Shown piece by piece: positions 62,285 through 64,000 of a DNA stretch of 64,000 nucleotides. The number at the start of each line of letters is the position of its first letter. The first letter of the stretch is position 1. The DNA is from an uncultured Actinomycetes bacterium. Lineage in GTDB: Bacteria > Actinomycetota > Thermoleophilia > Gaiellales > Gaiellaceae. Below the pieces are notes generated by a model. It made no database searches and had not been told where the DNA came from. It saw only the letters and a program-made list of their open reading frames with translations. The stretch spans positions 116,636-180,635 of the forward strand of contig CAWFWL010000003.1 in the NCBI GenBank assembly GCA_963819535.1, read 5' to 3'. A program made the translations under genes and the position numbers.

Positions 62285-62851
62285 GTGCTGACGCAGGCCC
62301 GGAAGATGGGGAAGGAGCGCATCTCCTCGCAGGAGATCGCCGACTACACGAACATCAACGCCACCCAGATCCGGCGCGATCTCTCGAACTTCGGCAAGTT
62401 CGGCAAGCGCGGTGTCGGCTACTCGATCGACTCGCTGCTGGCCGAGATCCGCAAGATCCTGCGCACCCAGGGCCAGCACAACATCGCGCTCGTCGGCGCC
62501 GGCCGGCTCGGCCAGGCGATTGCCAGCTCGGCGATCTTCGCGGAGCACGGCATCAACATCGCCGCCGTCTTCGACACGGACGACGCGAAGGTCGGGCGCG
62601 ACATCGGCTCGTCGACCATCGACGACGAGCGGCGGCTCAAGGACGTCGTCCGCGAGAAGAACATCGTCGTCGGCGTGCTCGCCGTTCCGGCCTCCGCGGC
62701 GCAGAAGGTCGCCGACGATCTCGTCGACGCGGGCGTCCGCATCATCTTCAACTACTCGGAAGCGTTGCTCGACGTCCCGGCGGACGTCACCGTGCACACC
62801 TCGAACCCGGCCGTCGAGTTGTTGCACGCCCTCTACTTCCACCTGACGTAG
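62285..62851 (+). CDS. rex: redox-sensing transcriptional repressor Rex (N-terminus probably extends to ATG 62203 through a frameshift)
   Basis: 'ISSQEIADYTNINATQIRRDLSNFGKFGKRGVGY' is a winged helix and 'IALVGAGRLG' is a Rossmann fold. The in-frame upstream codons encode 'RLSRYLQVL' but contain no start codon before the TGA at 62201. Confidence 0.85.
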   Translation: MLTQARKMGKERISSQEIADYTNINATQIRRDLSNFGKFGKRGVGYSIDSLLAEIRKILRTQGQHNIALVGAGRLGQAIASSAIFAEHGINIAAVFDTDDAKVGRDIGSSTIDDERRLKDVVREKNIVVGVLAVPASAAQKVADDLVDAGVRIIFNYSEALLDVPADVTVHTSNPAVELLHALYFHLT

Positions 62852-62861
62852 CCCTCAGCCC

Positions 62862-64000
62862 GTGCGGATCCTGCTCTGGCACGGCTACCTGCTCGGCGGC
62901 ACGGGCTCGAACGTCTACACGCGCGCGCTCGCGCGGGAGTGGAGCCGTTCCGGGCACGACGTCGTCGTCGTCTGCCAGGAGCGCGCACCGGAGCAGTACG
63001 ACCTCGGCGGGGCGCGCGTCGTCAATGCCGGAGCTGCCCGGCGGGCTGCTGCCCGTGTTCGTGCTCGACCGGTACGCGGGGCTCGAGCCGAAGCTGCTGC
63101 AGGAGTTCACCGACCGCCGAGCTCGACGCGTACGTCGAGGCGAACGCCGGCGGCGCTCCGCGCAGCTGCTGCCGGCCGACCTCGTCTTCACGAACCACGT
63201 GCTGCTCGGCGGCACCGGTCGGAGCGGCAACCGGTGCGCCTTCCGCGTGAAGGCGCACGGGTCGGAGCTCGAGTACTCGATGCGCGGCCGGCCCGAGCTC
63301 GAGCGCTGGGGCGCCGAGACGCTCGCGCGCGCCGAGGTGACGTACGTCGGCTCGGAGCACATCCGCGAGGTGCTCGAGGAGGTCGTCGGTCACGGTCGGG
63401 CCGGTGCTCGAGGTGCCGCCGGGTGTCGACGTCGACGAGTTCGCGCTGCGAGGCCGCGACGCGGCGCTCGACGGACTGCTGGCCGAGGCGCGGCTCGATC
63501 CGCCGAATCCGGGCAACGCCGAGGAGCGGCTGCCGGACGACGGCAACGCCGACGCGGCTCGCGTCGTTTCTCGCCGGCGACGAGCCGACGGTCGTCTACT
63601 TCGGCAAGCTGATCGAGCAGAAGGGCGTGCAGGTCCTGCTCGAGGCGATGCACGGGATCGACGCGCGGCTCATCGTCGTCGGCTTCGGGCCGTACCGTGC
63701 GGTGCTCGAGGCCGCTCGCGCCGCCGCGCACGCTGTTCACCGGGCCGCTCGAGCACCGGCACCTCGTGCACCTGCTCCCGCTCGCGGACGTGACGGTCGT
63801 GCCGTCGATCTTCCCGGAGGCGTTCGGCATGGTTGCGGCGGAGGCGGCCGCGGCCGGCTCGCCGCCGCTCGTCGCGCGCCATTCGGGCCTCGCCGAGGTC
63901 GCCGCCGGGCTCGAGCAGGCGTATCCGGAGCGCTTCGCCGGCCTGGCGTCGTTCGAGACCGGGAACGCGCAAGACCTGGCGGCGAAGCTCGAGCGGATCC
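62862..64000 (+). pseudogene. GT4-family glycosyltransferase, several frameshifts as written, 3' end outside the window
   Basis: 'VRILLWHGYLLGGTGSNVYTRALAREW', 'FRVKAHGSELEY', 'VVYFGKLIEQKGVQVLLEA' and 'VVPSIFPEAFGMVAAEAAAAGSPPLVARHSGLAEV' (EX7E region) lie in different frames. Confidence 0.75.

Overview
Very GC-rich (by eye about 70%) chromosomal segment with an actinobacterial-type housekeeping backbone. The gene order is valS-folC-ndk, maf, mreB, a 4.6 kb insertion, mreC-mreD-mrdA-rodA, rne-rplU-rpmA-obg-nadD-rsfS, then tRNA-Ala(GGC). An accessory stretch follows: a TetM/OtrA-like ribosomal-protection GTPase with an upstream leader ORF, an orphan solute-binding protein, LysR and an MMPL transporter. 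After that come sucA, a GGDEF sensor, uvrB, uvrA (with a perfect Cheo-type LexA box and a near-leaderless promoter), a B-family (ba3-like) haem-copper oxidase, panB/panC, tsaE-tsaB-rimI-tsaD, an S8 protease, gdh, rex and a GT4 glycosyltransferase that runs off the 3' edge. I found no CRISPR array, integrase, transposase, rRNA or recognisable defence operon. Four points deserve a second look. (1) Short perfect palindromes (GGTGTCWGACACC, CGAACCWGGTTCG, GGAGGGAAACC-N3-GGTTTCCCTCC) recur in the window. They include a 251-bp MITE-like self-complementary element, and some copies sit in-frame inside coding sequence. (2) A lower-GC cassette splits the normally contiguous mreB-mreC junction: ECF sigma, PD40 anti-sigma, an ANT(2'')-like nucleotidyltransferase, MFS and TetR. 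(3) An ERCC4/XPF-type nuclease is inserted antisense inside the t6A operon. (4) Many conserved genes are broken only by frameshifts, in local clusters (23.7-24.1, 32.9-35.3, 40.75, 47.17 and 55.5-64 kb). Most are repaired by removing one base from a G or C run, so I read them as homopolymer miscalls rather than real pseudogenes. All coordinates of frameshifted genes are approximate.
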